Shown here in pieces: positions 1-12,573 of a stretch of 64,000 nt of DNA (position 1 is the first letter of the stretch; every line of letters begins with the position of its first letter). The stretch is from NCBI GenBank assembly GCA_951406725.2, contig OX597828.1, forward strand, positions 37,510,001-37,574,000, in the 5' to 3' direction. Origin of the DNA: Octopus vulgaris. Lineage: Eukaryota. A model generated the notes under the pieces. The model was given only the letters and a program-made list of their open reading frames with translations. It did not search any database and was not told the DNA's origin. A program made the position numbers and the translations under genes.

Positions 1-80
1 CATCGTTTAGAAAATCTTCTAAAATTACTTTTTAAATAAGAGAGGCCTTATAGTTAAAAAAGAAAACCATATTTACTAAA

Positions 81-162
81 TTCCCTATGGCCATTTCAGG
101 GGTATATTATTGTGTTTAAAGCACTAGGGTGCATCACGATAATAACTCCTTCGTCAAGGGAA
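81..162 (-). ncRNA. Minimal type I hammerhead ribozyme motif in the PLE 3' region (core variant TTGACGA)
   Basis: The minus strand reads ttccc-TTGACGA-agg...cct-GAAA-tggcca-TA-gggaa: perfect stem I, closed stem II and palindromic stem III, about 240 nt after the GIY-YIG stop codon. Confidence 0.75.
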
Positions 163-403
163 GAATAGAGAGACAGACATCTTCGCGTACTAGGCTTAAC
201 ACAATATTAATATTATATTGTGTGCTTTCTTATTGAAGCAGTCATGCTCAGACGAGCCCAAAAGAAAGAATTAAAGCAGTAAAAAAATTTTTTTGTAAAG
301 CAGTAGAGAAAAAAAAACAAAAAGAAACATGGGTGTATTAAATTAAATTAAATTAAATCAAATTGAACTTCCGTGGTTTCAAACGCTGCAAGAGCTAAAT
401 TAT

Positions 404-1239
404 TTATTTTCTACGACTTATTTTATTTCTATACACTTTTAAGAATGTAGAAGAAAATTTATGGATACAAAAGGGAATCACGTCAGTAAATTTATTCAAA
501 ATGTGCGGTCCATAACACCTAACGATGGTAAGGGATTCCCTTATGCACAGCTTACACTTGTTAATATTTCCCTTGAAATTTGGAGTTTTAGAGATAATGG
601 ACCATTCTAGATAATAATTCTTATTATTTTTCTTCAAGTTGTGTATATGGGATGCAAGTGTTGTTGAATTATAATATTTATCGTTAGAAAATGAGCTCAT
701 ATGTGATCTATATCTAGCCTTAAAATCTACTGTGCTACCTATATAAAATTTATTTAACTTATCCTCGTCCTTGACTACACATTTATATATAACGTTAGTA
801 ACTAGACAGGAACCATCTAAAGGACATAATTCGGGGTTTCTACAATTACATTTCTTTCCGGGGCCTTTCCTAGTTTTATTTCTATTGTTACCTTTACATT
901 TTGTGTCTCCAGTTCTCGACAAGTTTCCCTCTTTCATTCCATCAAATCTTCCCTTATTACATGGGTTCGATAGATCCGGTAAAGGCAGACTGTTTGTACC
1001 ATTGGCATTAGGCGTTACAAAATTATTATACGCAGTTCCTTGGTCATCCTCAAAAGAACTTTTCCAGCTGTTCCGCCCAGCAAGCTTGCTTCTATTGATT
1101 GATGCAATACTCGAAGCAAAGTTAGGCATTACAGAGTAAGAGAACTTGATCGTTGACTTGTTGCAAATGCTATAGTATTTATGATTCTTTGGGAAGTTCT
1201 CCTTCAGAATTCTAAAAAACATTTTTGGTAAGTTCCTTA

Positions 1240-1240
<1 letters not shown>
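404..1240 (-). mobile_element. 5'-truncated Penelope-like retroelement: C-terminal coding region with Cys-rich linker and GIY-YIG endonuclease
   Basis: The stop-free translation has PLE-type motifs FPKNHKYYSICNKSTIKFSYSVMPN, CNCRNPELCPLDGSC, VIYKC...FYIGST, FKARYRSH, LASHIH, CKLCIRE and ILNK. The first ~50 aa of the 404..1384 ORF are microsatellite/flank read-through; the element breaks at the (CT)n(TA)n tract at 1241. Confidence 0.9.
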
Positions 1241-1304
<64 letters not shown>

Positions 1305-1643
1305 TTAGTGTAAGTAATTATCTGTATACGCGGATGATTCTTTGAAATGGTGTTTCTATATACGAATGATATCGTTTTATACATCAGCGTAAGAATTTTT
1401 ATGAAAAGCGTATTAAAAATACTGAAGCTTTAGAAATTGAAATATAAATTCTGGTTCTTCTTTTAAGAAAGATTATTATTTTTCTCACGCAGGTGGTGGA
1501 CGTAGATCTATATGGGAAAATTTTATCGCTCTTTCTCTTTTTTTTCTCTATCTCATTACAGTTTTTGTGTATGTGCGTGTGTCTTTGTATGTGTGTGCAT
1601 GTATGTATATGTATATGTCCGGCCTTCGCTATGATAGATGGCT

Positions 1644-1808
1644 AGGCACTATACATTCTTTATTTTCTCTCCTTGTTTCTTTCTGTGGAAGAGCGTAGGT
1701 TCGAAACGTTAAAGACTTTTTCACTTCCCGGGCGTTATACTAATACATCTGTTTGTTTTGTACACCAGCTGTCTTTATCTTTTGTTTTTTTCTTTTTTTA
1801 ATTCACCC

Positions 1809-1810
<2 letters not shown>
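1644..1810 (+). mobile_element. Short HHR-bearing non-coding element, family H1 (HHR 1678-1715), ending in (TA)n
   Basis: tcttt-CTGTGGA-A-gagc-gtag-gttc-GAAAC-GTT-aaaga followed by the conserved tail ccgggcg..taatacatctgtttg..T-rich..(TA)n; homologous to 9637-9810, 25095-25262 and 25670-25857. Confidence 0.65.
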
Positions 1811-1848
<38 letters not shown>

Positions 1849-1884
1849 ATATACACACACACACATATATATATATAAATAATA

Positions 1885-2055
1885 AAATAACAAAGAAAAG
1901 AGCACAAGAAAAAACAACAACGTGAGGACGTGGTACATGCAAAGTATTAAAAGACGCTCAGGGAAGGAAGGAAAGGGTGTTTTACGTTTCAAGCAAAGCT
2001 CTTCTTCAGAAATAGGAGACAGAAGAAAGTCCAAGGCAAAAGGAAGACGGGGGGA
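1885..2055 (-). mobile_element. Short HHR-bearing element, family H2 (HHR 1980-2012)
   Basis: The minus strand reads ttt-CTGAAGA-A-gagc-ttt-gctt-GAAAC-GTA-aaa, then cctgagcg..taatac..ccacgtcctc..T-rich tail into (TA)n; homologous to 40790-40960. Confidence 0.7.
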
Positions 2056-2783
2056 AATGTAGTTACATTTTGGATTAACATGAAAATAGACTCCACTACA
2101 TGAACGCTATATACTTTAGGAAATATATTCAGAATTATCCCACGAAATATGCCTCTAACTTCTTATCTTATAAGAACCTCATTGGAATTATGTTGATTGC
2201 CTTAATAGCGTATACTGAATTTTTTTTTTTCATCCGAAGCAACGTTACGGGTCTGGTTTCGACCAGGTATCATTAACCTCTGAAAAGTGGGTCTTTCGCT
2301 TATAATCGCTAACACAGTGAAGCTACTTAGCTTCATATTAATTACCGAAAACAATGAGCGGTAGTACATTAGGTCTTCTCAAACAGGTCCAATCAAAATG
2401 GCCCTTTCTCAACGTAAAATGTTATTAACTGAATAAGTCTCCACTCTTGCAATTATCTATTTTATAATTATTCTTTGTAAAAAGTAAACTCGAGACTACA
2501 TAGAAAAGGGTCTCGTTGTCTAGCTTCCTTTTATTTATTTCTGTTAGCGTTTTCTGTTTTTTCTGCAGGCTTTAATACCACTAAACGATGTTGTTACAAT
2601 GGAAGTTTCGGCAAAATAATTCTATTACTGACTGAAAAGATCCATGTAAAGTACAGTGGAGTCTGCGTGCAGCTAAAGATGCTAATTGGTGTCTTTGTTT
2701 ATTTGTTTAGAAAACATTTCTACACAAAGCCGTGACATGTCAGACCTAGCCAGAAAGACACACGAATATACACGAATGCACAG

Positions 2784-2846
<63 letters not shown>

Positions 2847-3011
2847 GCACACCAGACGCACAAACACACGCATGCATACACATAAGCTCCTTCTGCATCT
2901 ATTCACCTATTATCACTGACCATGACCATGCATGCATGTATGTATGTATATATGTATGTACGTATTGTATGTGTGTATGCATTTATTTCCCTCTTTTCCG
3001 CTGTATATATA

Positions 3012-3065
<54 letters not shown>

Positions 3066-3067
3066 CA

Positions 3068-3130
<63 letters not shown>

Positions 3131-3138
3131 GTGTGTGT

Positions 3139-4321
3139 ATCAGGTCATCTCATAAGTTTTGTCCGATTTTTACCTTTTTTAATTTTTATAGTATTTTAGA
3201 ATGTCTAATGGAATTAAAAATTATGTGTATGCATGTGCGTACATTTTAACTAATTAAATATCATTTTACAGAATAATAGAATTAAAATTTGATTAAAATT
3301 CTGATTAAAACCCTTTCCTACGTGGAAGTACTCAAAGAGCATTTGAGGCACATAATGCATTATGAGTAAAAAAAGGGAAGTCTGCAGCCGAAGCGACTTG
3401 AAACATACACTCTATTTATGGGAAAGAATGCTTGAATGAAAGAACTTGCAGAAGATGGCTTGCAAAATTCAGAAGTAGAAATTTCAGCATTGATGATGAA
3501 GATCGAACAGGACGTCCAGTTGAGTTTGATGATAAGCTCCTTGAGGCATTACTTGAAGAAAATCCTGCATTATCAGTGGAGGAATAGGCAAAAAAGCTTA
3601 GTTCAAACCATACCACTGTTTATCATCATCTTCATCAACTTCGAAAGGTTCCTAAACTTGGAATACTCATGAATTGTCCCAAAGCAACCGCGAATCCCGA
3701 GTTGATATCTGCCATTCTCTCGATTCTTGCGAACTCTCTTCACTCTTTTTGGATAGACTTGTGACTGGTGACGATAAATGCATCTTCTATCGAAATGTTA
3801 AACGTCGTAAACAGTGGCTTGGTAAAAGGGAAAATCTCAACCACAACCGAGAAGGGAACTTCATGGGAAAAAGGTTCTTCTCTCTATCTGGTAGGATTAC
3901 AAAGGATTAATTCACTTTGAATTGTCACCACAAAATGCAACAATCAATGCTCAAGTTTACTGTCAGCAATTAGAGCGTTTGAACCAAGGTTTGAAGAAAA
4001 AAAACCCAGCTTTAATGAATCAAAAAGGAGTGATGTTTCATCAGGACAATGCGCGACTCCACACTGCAAAGATCACATCACATAAGATCAAAGAGCTTGG
4101 TTGGGAAAAAATTCCTCATCCACCTTATTCTCCCGACTTTGCTCCTTCAAACTACCATTTGTTTCGTAGTTTACAGAATCATTTGGGGGACATAACTTTC
4201 GCAAGGCAGGAGGAGGTCGAAACTGACATTTCAGAGTTCTTCGCTTTGAAACCAAAAAAACAGAGATAATCAGGGAAAGTACATTGACGATTAAATTTCA
4301 ATTAAATATAACATTTGATCA

Positions 4322-4325
<4 letters not shown>
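3139..4325 (+). pseudogene. Decayed mariner (DD34D-type) transposon with frameshifted transposase
   Basis: Fragments KEHLRHIM, GRP, WNTHEL (degenerate WVPHEL), LDRLVTGDDK, VMFHQDNARLH and HPPYSPDFAPSNYHLF are split over several frames with stops; flanked by (TA)n. Confidence 0.92.
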
Positions 4326-4366
<41 letters not shown>

Positions 4367-4475
4367 ATGCTGCTGCTTTATGAAAGTTTCCTATCTAGTC
4401 GTTGGAAGCTTGAAATAGTGAGTAATAACAGTCGGACTCTTCCTTACTTGTCTCTCATTGTGTTTTACATTTATT

Positions 4476-4532
<57 letters not shown>

Positions 4533-4560
4533 TTTATTTAAAAGCAGCAGAAATATAACA

Positions 4561-4606
4561 AAAACTGTTACTCAGAGTTTCACGTTCCCGTTCGTCGGAC
4601 AGTTTT
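4561..4606 (-). ncRNA. Minimal type I hammerhead motif (core CCGACGA), family H3, in a short element (~4531-4695) between TA tracts
   Basis: aaaactgt-CCGACGA-acg-ggaa-cgt-GAAA-ctc-t-gag-TA-acagtttt: 8-bp perfect stem I, GNRA-capped stem II, near-palindromic stem III. Confidence 0.8.
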
Positions 4607-4825
4607 GATAAGAAAGAGGTAGAACATATTAATCTACCTGTGGTATTTGAGTACACTTTTTTCCATCTTCTTTCACATTTATGTGCTTACTCCGGTATAT
4701 ATATACATTGGCCTGCTCGCTTAGCCAACGGGGTGACGTCATTTGAAGGCTAAAACAATGCGAATCGCATTGTAACCAGTGATGTGTTTTAACATCTGAT
4801 AGCCTGGTCGGTCACGGTGATCACG

Positions 4826-4865
<40 letters not shown>

Positions 4866-5160
4866 CATTTTTGCTTTTGTTATGATCTACTGGATGTTGA
4901 TTAATGAGGAATTAGCTACGAATTTTACGTGTGTTCTGGTTTGGTCAAATTTTCTTATATTTTTACCCATTCGCTTACATATATATACATTGCTACGACG
5001 TGCTTCTTTCTTTTTCTATCTATATAATTCGGGCAAAAATCTTTTGTCGGTCCGAAGCTATTTTAGAAGACGCTTTCTCAAGGTGCTACGATGTAGAACT
5101 GAATCCGGGACAATGCGGTTGGGAAGCAAAGCTTTTACCACACAGCGGTGCTCATAGAAT

Positions 5161-5206
<46 letters not shown>

Positions 5207-6636
5207 CTCCATATATATTAATGTGAGTGCGTGCGAGAGTGACTGAGAGGGTTGGGAAAGAATGTGTGTATGAATTTCTTGTTTTGATATGCAAATATGT
5301 GACTGGCATACATACGCATTAACCGTATTGGTAGATCCTTAGATTGGCGAATATGCGGCAGCTGTGGTAATCCCACAGCATTACCGAGAAATAAGTCAAT
5401 AGATTTTGTGATAACGATGGCGATGCTGACTATAACAAAACCGATAATGGTGACGACAACTACAACGACCACGACTACGATATCGATTTCGAAATTAGGG
5501 CGCCTCTTGTACGACTTACTTCCAGACTTCCAACAAGACTGGTGTCTTACCCACTTCTTCGACAGCCCCGTGCAACCGACATACTGGGCGCCGATTTCAT
5601 GTCTCTTTCGGATCATGACGCCATTTTCTTCTCTTTCCCTTTTCAACATAACCATCTTTATTTCCCTCTCCCACCTTACTATAAACCTTTGCATAATGAA
5701 ATTCTTTTCATTATATTTCCCTCCTACTTCTACAACCACGTTCATGCTTATCTCTTAATCTGCATTCACTGTTGTTTATTTTTTGGTTTTGTCTTTTGTT
5801 TGTTTTTATTTTCGTTTGTATTTTTCCTTCGCCGCCTTTGTCTCGATTCCGAAGACTCCTTCACCTTACAATTAGATTTACAAACCTGTTAACCTTCGTA
5901 TTTCTTTCCTAACAACTTCGTCTCGTCGTCGTAATCTTTCACAATAAACGCTATTCTCCTCCTGCCTCTTCTTCTCCTCCTCCTCCTCCACCACCTCCAC
6001 CACCTCCTCCTCCTCCTCCTCTTCCTCCCCTTCCTCCTACTCCTCCTCCTCCTTCTCCTCCTCCTCTTCCTCCTCCTCATTATATTCATGATCATCTCCA
6101 CTAGAGCCACTCCCACCACCATCACCGTCATCATAATCATCATCAGTAGCGGTAGCAGTAGCGACAGCAGGAGCAGCAGCAGCAGCGAGAGAAGCAACAG
6201 TAGCAGCGGTAGCAGCATCGACACTGCCATCATCATGGCCAACATCCTCGCAGAGGTGTTAGCCTTCATTTCGTCCATGTTGAACCCTCACAAGATAACT
6301 AAAATGTTTCACATTTTAAATACCTTTCATCATTCGTTTGTAGCAAATCTCTGCACATGACCTTGCGGCAAGCAATGTGCGCGTATATATTACACACACT
6401 TTCATATACACACGCACACACACAAACACACACAGATACACACTCATACACACACATCACATACAAACATACATACACGAATCTATCATTTATCATTCGT
6501 TCGTAGCAAATCTCTACACAAGACTTTGAGGAAAGCGATATTCACGTATATCATACAGACGTTCGTTAGCTATTTCCAGTTGATTTCGGCAACTGGCTCC
6601 TCTAAGAAGAAATGGTCTCAACAATAACAGCGCGTA

Positions 6637-7342
6637 ACTGTTATGATCTCTTAGATGTTGATTAATGAGGAATTACCAACGAATTTTATGTGTGTAAGAT
6701 TCACTCCTAATATCTTAGGAGTGAAATTTAGGATTTATCGGTTTTCTGTGAATCGATTTTGATAAAAACTTTCCCGGCTGGTTTACACACTATGGCAACA
6801 CCATTGTTATGCTTTCATTATTCTATGTAACAACCTTTCTTTTTTATTTCAGGTTCTTCAGCTTTTCGGTGAACCATGCTAATAGCGTCTCTCCACTCTA
6901 AGAACAATGCGACGTGGAAAAGGCCTTAACGATGAAGAAAAGTCTGTCGTCATCAAGTGCTAAATGTACCTCTTTTCATGTCACTGCGATGTTAGGTGAT
7001 CAAGTGGACACGGTTACATGATTCCTGAAGCACCCTTCGCCGAGGAAGAACGGATCCGATTGTGAGACCTCCAAGACTGTGACAGCTAAGGATTTAAGGA
7101 ATATTGGCTGCAGGTTACGCGGGAAACCTGGCCAAAAAGGCAAAGCCATTTTCACCGACTCCGGCTTCCTCATGTACCGAAAACTACCAGAAATTGCATC
7201 CTCGGGACCATGGTTTCCGTGCGAGAACCCATGTAGCTGCCTTCTTTTACGCCCCGTCACAGGAGTTTGAGGTTTCAATGGGTCCAAAAGTACATGACGT
7301 TAGACGTGAGTGACTGAACAGGGGGTGACCCTTGACGGATGC
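6637..7342 (+). pseudogene. Decayed Tc1-like transposon, 5' portion
   Basis: MRRGKGLNDEEKSVVIK, TVTAKDLRNIGCRLRGKPGQ..AIF, TPRHRSLRFQWVQKYM and TLDG fragments. The upstream segment tgttatgatc..gatgttgattaatgaggaatta recurs at ~4878-4935. Confidence 0.75.
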
Positions 7343-7371
7343 ATGCATATCATACATACATATCAAAGGTT

Positions 7372-7900
7372 AATAACAAGAAAGATAGACAGCATGACAG
7401 GCATTGACTACTGGAGTCGACTAAAAAAACTCAATCTCTTCTCTCTCCAACGCCGCCATTAGCGCTACATTATTTGTATGATGCGGAAAATATTCCTTTA
7501 ATACTGCCTAAATGATGTCAGCATCAATTTTCAAATCTACTCAAGTCTTGGCCCCTGTGATATCCACCCACTAGAAAATCGAACTCAAGACACATAACAT
7601 TAAGACACTACTGCTTTACCTCAACCAGTCCAGCTCTCTTTAAAATTATACCTAAATATATCAAAAAGGAAACAGATCCCATAAAATTCGAAAGTTCTCT
7701 GATCAAATTTCTTAAAAGATTCCCGTAACAACGTCTTACACCCGGATATGTCTCCAACAATAATAACTCTTTGCTAGAGTAGGCCATGGTGTCGCATATA
7801 TGACTGAAGTGTGAATCGCAATCTAAAAGACTTCACCAGGTGGTGCTATTAAGTTAGACATGGCCTGGACCTATACTGGCCGAAACCTGAGTTATCTAAC
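7372..7900 (+). mobile_element. CR1/L2-group LINE 3' end remnant
   Basis: Translates DYWSRLKKLNLFSLQRR.*RYII, typical of CR1-group ORF2 C-termini; the 3' UTR ggtggtgctattaagttagacatggcctggacc is shared with 45170-45400. Confidence 0.8.
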
Positions 7901-7909
7901 TTATATATA

Positions 7910-7947
7910 TACTCTGAGTTTCTCGTTGCCGTTCATCAGACAGTTTT
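7910..7947 (-). ncRNA. Truncated family H3 hammerhead with canonical CTGATGA core
   Basis: The minus strand reads aaaactgt-CTGATGA-acg-gcaa-cga-GAAA-ctc-a-gag-TA, then (TA)n; the 3' strand of stem I is missing. Confidence 0.7.
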
Positions 7948-8258
7948 TGCTAACTTATATATATATATATTTGTGTGAACGTGTGTTCGTGCGTGTGTTC
8001 ATTTACCTCTGTTTCATCTCCCCCACTGTTTCTCATCTCTTAACTTACACATACTTAGAATAATATCATTTTAGTGACTACATTATGGGAATTTGTAATA
8101 TACGGTTTACTCGACTGATCCAAGCTCTTCCGTTCCACAATTCATCTCTACAGGTTTTCATCATTTAAACTTTACTTTCTCCTTCTCGTTCTCCACCTCC
8201 TCATCTTCCTTTTCCCTCTTTTTCTCATACTCCACCACCTTATCTTTGGTCTTCTCCT

Positions 8259-8443
8259 TCATCATCATCATCATCATCATCATCATCTTATCCTTCTTCT
8301 TCTTCTTCTTCTTCTTCTTCTTCTTCTTCTTCTTCTTCTTCTTCTTCTTCTTCTTCTCCATTTTTTCCTTTTTCTTATCGCCCCATTTTATATATTTCTA
8401 TTTCTATATCATTTTCGTCAAACACCTATTTACATTACTTCTT

Positions 8444-8520
<77 letters not shown>

Positions 8521-8551
8521 ATTCATCGTCATCATCATCATCTTCATCTTC
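8259..8551. repeat. Compound trinucleotide microsatellites (ATC)n, (TTC)n, (TAC)n
   Basis: Directly visible. Confidence 0.95.
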
Positions 8552-9200
8552 CTGTTTTTATATTCTTTTTTTATTTTGTCTCTCTTTTTGTGTTGCTTTC
8601 TTTCCAAATCTGTTTCAATCTCCACATCCTCCGGCTTGACGCATCAGAAACACCTTCCTAGGAATCAACAATTTCCTTTTAATCTTTCTAATACTCCCTT
8701 CTCACTTCATCACCTCTTAAACTTCCACATCAACTACGCACGAACCACCGATTCTTTTACTTATTAATATTCATCATGTGTCTGATAAGATCGAAAGAAT
8801 GAAACAAACAGCAATAATTAATTATCACCTGTTGACTCTTTGCTTTCATATTGACACACAAGGAATATACCTGAGAAACAGACTCACTAGAGATTTTACT
8901 GGTCCTTATTACGCACACATACACACCCACATGCATACACATACACACATGTGTCTATCTGCCTGTTTGTCTGTATTTATGTACGTATCTATCCATTTAT
9001 CTATCCATCCATCCATACATACACACGCACATACATACATATATACATACATGCATGCATGCATGCATACATACATACATACATACATACAGACATACAA
9101 ACATACATATATATATACAAACATATATATATATATATATAGATAGATAGATAGATATATCATAATGCTATAATGATTAGATCTTTGTATGTGCACTGAC

Positions 9201-9259
<59 letters not shown>

Positions 9260-9261
<2 letters not shown>

Positions 9262-9600
9262 CGCTTTTACAACAGCGCTTAAGGTAGTTCGGTCATGCGG
9301 CCCGGCGTCCAGAGGGTGAGCATATTCGCGATGTCCTCCTCCCAAATCCACTTCCCAGCTGGCGCACAGCCAGACAGCTGAAGATCTGGGCAACGACGAT
9401 AAAGGAGGACCTCTCCGAACTATCAGGTCCGTAGGTGGTCGATATCTGCGCAGATGGAACCGCGAATGGCTCGCTATCTCCAATGACCTCGCACGGGACC
9501 GTCGAGCGTGGACCGCCATGGTTCGTGATGCAGTTAGGACATAGAAGAAGCCGGCTCAATCCGCTCCGAGTGAACGCTGTCTCAAGTACAAGTAGAAGTA
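9260..9600 (+). mobile_element. RTE-clade LINE 3' end
   Basis: QQRLR*FGHAARRP, QLKIWATTIKEDL and LARDRRAWTAMV fragments; ends in a caagtacaagtagaagta short-repeat tail. Confidence 0.85.
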
Positions 9601-9636
9601 TATTAGCGCCATGATAGCTCGGTAGCCACTATGCAC

Positions 9637-9804
9637 GTATTTGTCTCTCCTTGTTTCTCTCCTTCTTTCTTTCAGTGTTCCTTTCTGTGGAAGTGCGTAG
9701 GCTCGAAACGTAAAAGACTTTTTCAATTCCCGAGCGCTATACTAATACATCTGTTTGTTTTCTACACCACCTGTCTCCGTCTTTTGTTTTTTTTCGTGAA
9801 TTCT

Positions 9805-9810
<6 letters not shown>
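9637..9810 (+). mobile_element. Family H1 HHR-bearing element (HHR 9681-9716)
   Basis: cttt-CTGTGGA-A-gtgc-gtag-gctc-GAAAC-GTA-aaag plus the conserved tail ending in (TA)n. Confidence 0.65.
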
Positions 9811-9901
<91 letters not shown>

Positions 9902-9947
9902 TGTATGTATGTATGTATGTATGTATGTATCTATGTATGTATCTATG

Positions 9948-9990
<43 letters not shown>

Positions 9991-11012
9991 CACGTGCAGA
10001 GTATGCAAACTTCGGAATGTCAGTAATATCAATCACAAAACCTCTCCTTAATTGTTATCTACAATCAAAACACACACACGTACTCACACGCACACACACA
10101 AACAAACACAAGCACACGAACTCACATGACATCCAAGGACAAGATGGATATTGTTGTCCTCGACACACTATCTCAGAGAAAGAGTATGGAGTTCAGAATA
10201 ACGCAGTACAAACAATTGCTGTATGAACGAGATATTTATAACCAAAGTCAAAAAGATTATCGGCCGATCAAACACGATATAGCAGACAGGCTTCGTTGCA
10301 GTGTCCAATAAGCGTTTGAAATAAGAAGGAAGGAAACGAAATAGATTACTATTTAGCATTTGGAAGTTAAAACAATTTCCAGCGAGTGACCCTAATGGTC
10401 TGAAAATGAATAAAAATGAATTATTGTAAAAGTTCAAATCAACTAATCAATCATTAGTCTCTATCTTCGTTACTCACAGACACATACACACATACACACA
10501 CACACTCACACACGCACCCATTTCACTCATAATCATTCACTGAGTCAATAAATCGATAATTGCTGATAACAATTTCATGGGTGTGAAGAGAGAAGAGTGA
10601 ACGACGTTTGTTCAGTTAAATCGTTAAAAGCGCTATTGATTGGTTCGAGCAAATGGTTTGAAAAGATATCATGTTGATGGGATGAAAACGAACTTTTTAT
10701 GTGTGCTGGGTGCGGATGTATATATACATATTTACGCATATGTGTGTTTGCATATATATATATATATATATGAGTGTATATATATGTATATATATTTATA
10801 TGTATGTATATATATACATATATATACGGGTTATATATATATATATATATACATCACGCATCTCTCCCATATATATATATATATATATTTGCATGATTTT
10901 ATATATAAAAATACAGATGTGTGTATACGTTTGTGTACATAAATATACATAAATATGACTGTATTTGTATTTAAGACGGATACATATACGATTATACACA
11001 CACATATGTATG

Positions 11013-11056
<44 letters not shown>

Positions 11057-11159
11057 CATGTATGTATGTATGTATGTATGTATTTATATATGTGTATGCA
11101 TATATATATATAGATGCATGTAAATATCTACGTATCTTATGTGTTTTTATCCCTCTCTA

Positions 11160-11219
<60 letters not shown>

Positions 11220-11944
11220 GTGCACATACAAAGATCTAAGCATTATAGCATTATGATCTAATCTAGAAGGGCGGGAACAACGTGCGTTAGAAATGGGGCG
11301 TGGGGGCGCGTATGTAGTTTCAATGGTGGTGAGCGGAACACAGGGTTTTGGAAAGGTCAAGTTTAATGGTAGAGACATCCTTTGTTGCCTAGTGTGCTGA
11401 AGACGTTGTATTGATGTGTACTGATCGATAATAGACAAGAGGTCTTGTATTGAGAGCGGATCGATAATAGATAACTGATGAATAATAAGATTACACATCG
11501 AATAACAAAGAGAGTGTTAATTTTGTCTTTCGTGTTTGTTTGTTTTTTTTACGTCTGTTTTGAGTGTGCGTATGTGCGTGGTTGAGTGTGTGTGTATGTG
11601 TGTGTGTGTGTGTGATGAAAATAGGAGAAAAAAATTATACATAGTAAAATAAATTAGAATAAATACTCGTCCGTGGCCTTTACATAAAGCGTCTCTTACA
11701 GAATGCTCTGTCCCAAAATTATCAGTCGCCCTCGAAACACACTCAGGCATGTACGCACCCCCCCCCCACACATATACACACACACATACATACATACATA
11801 CATAAATACATACATACATACATACGTACATACATACATACATACACATACACTTGCTCGCATGCACAGATGTGCGCTTTCTCACTCTCTCTCCCTCATT
11901 CACGCACACGCACATATGTACATATATATATATATATATATATA

Positions 11945-11980
<36 letters not shown>

Positions 11981-12099
11981 TAGGTTTGGTGATGCAATCA
12001 GCAAAAATAGAACTCACATTATGAGCGTATCAATATTTTTATTAATATTTAGCAGAAGTAACAAAGTTCAGAGAATATCGTGCGCTAACACTGATATAT

Positions 12100-12377
12100 T
12101 ACTTGGTCTACAGTACAGGATAGTTCCTAAGGCGTTCAAGGTCAGTCAGACACAACTGAGATGCCTCCTGTTTGTCTTCTGTATGGGGAGAATTTCCGAG
12201 GGCCGATGTTCTGAAAAGGAGGGCTGAGGGTAGTGATCAGTGCAGAACTTGAGAGGGTGAATTCTTCAAGGAAAGGTGTAGAGGAGAGGTGAGTGTTTAG
12301 GGAACGCAGGAGTAAAGGTGGATCCAGAGGAGGCAACTCCAAGTGGCAGAGGCCATTGTACTTTCGACGAAAGGGGT
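12100..12377 (-). mobile_element. Decayed LINE ORF2 C-terminal remnant (Jockey/CR1-like)
   Basis: [15 protein letters not shown] and TDHY..RTS..NSP-like fragments; same strand as, and downstream of, the RT remnant at 13860-14760. Confidence 0.55.
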
Positions 12378-12383
12378 ACATAC

Positions 12384-12426
<43 letters not shown>

Positions 12427-12428
12427 AG

Positions 12429-12477
<49 letters not shown>

Positions 12478-12522
12478 GTATGAGTATATACATATATGTA
12501 TATATATATATGTATATGTATG

Positions 12523-12573
<51 letters not shown>

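Noticed and set aside
1241-1384. N-terminus of the 326-aa ORF
   Set aside because: It reads through (TA)n(GA)n and flanking DNA, so it is not part of the PLE protein.
2245-2285. GGTCGAAAC on the minus strand (also near 19030)
   Set aside because: The core and stem I are too degenerate to call a ribozyme.
5500-5630. Frame ending in LSDHDAI, resembling a LINE APE endonuclease C-terminus
   Set aside because: Only one short motif, with no other APE motifs recognisable.
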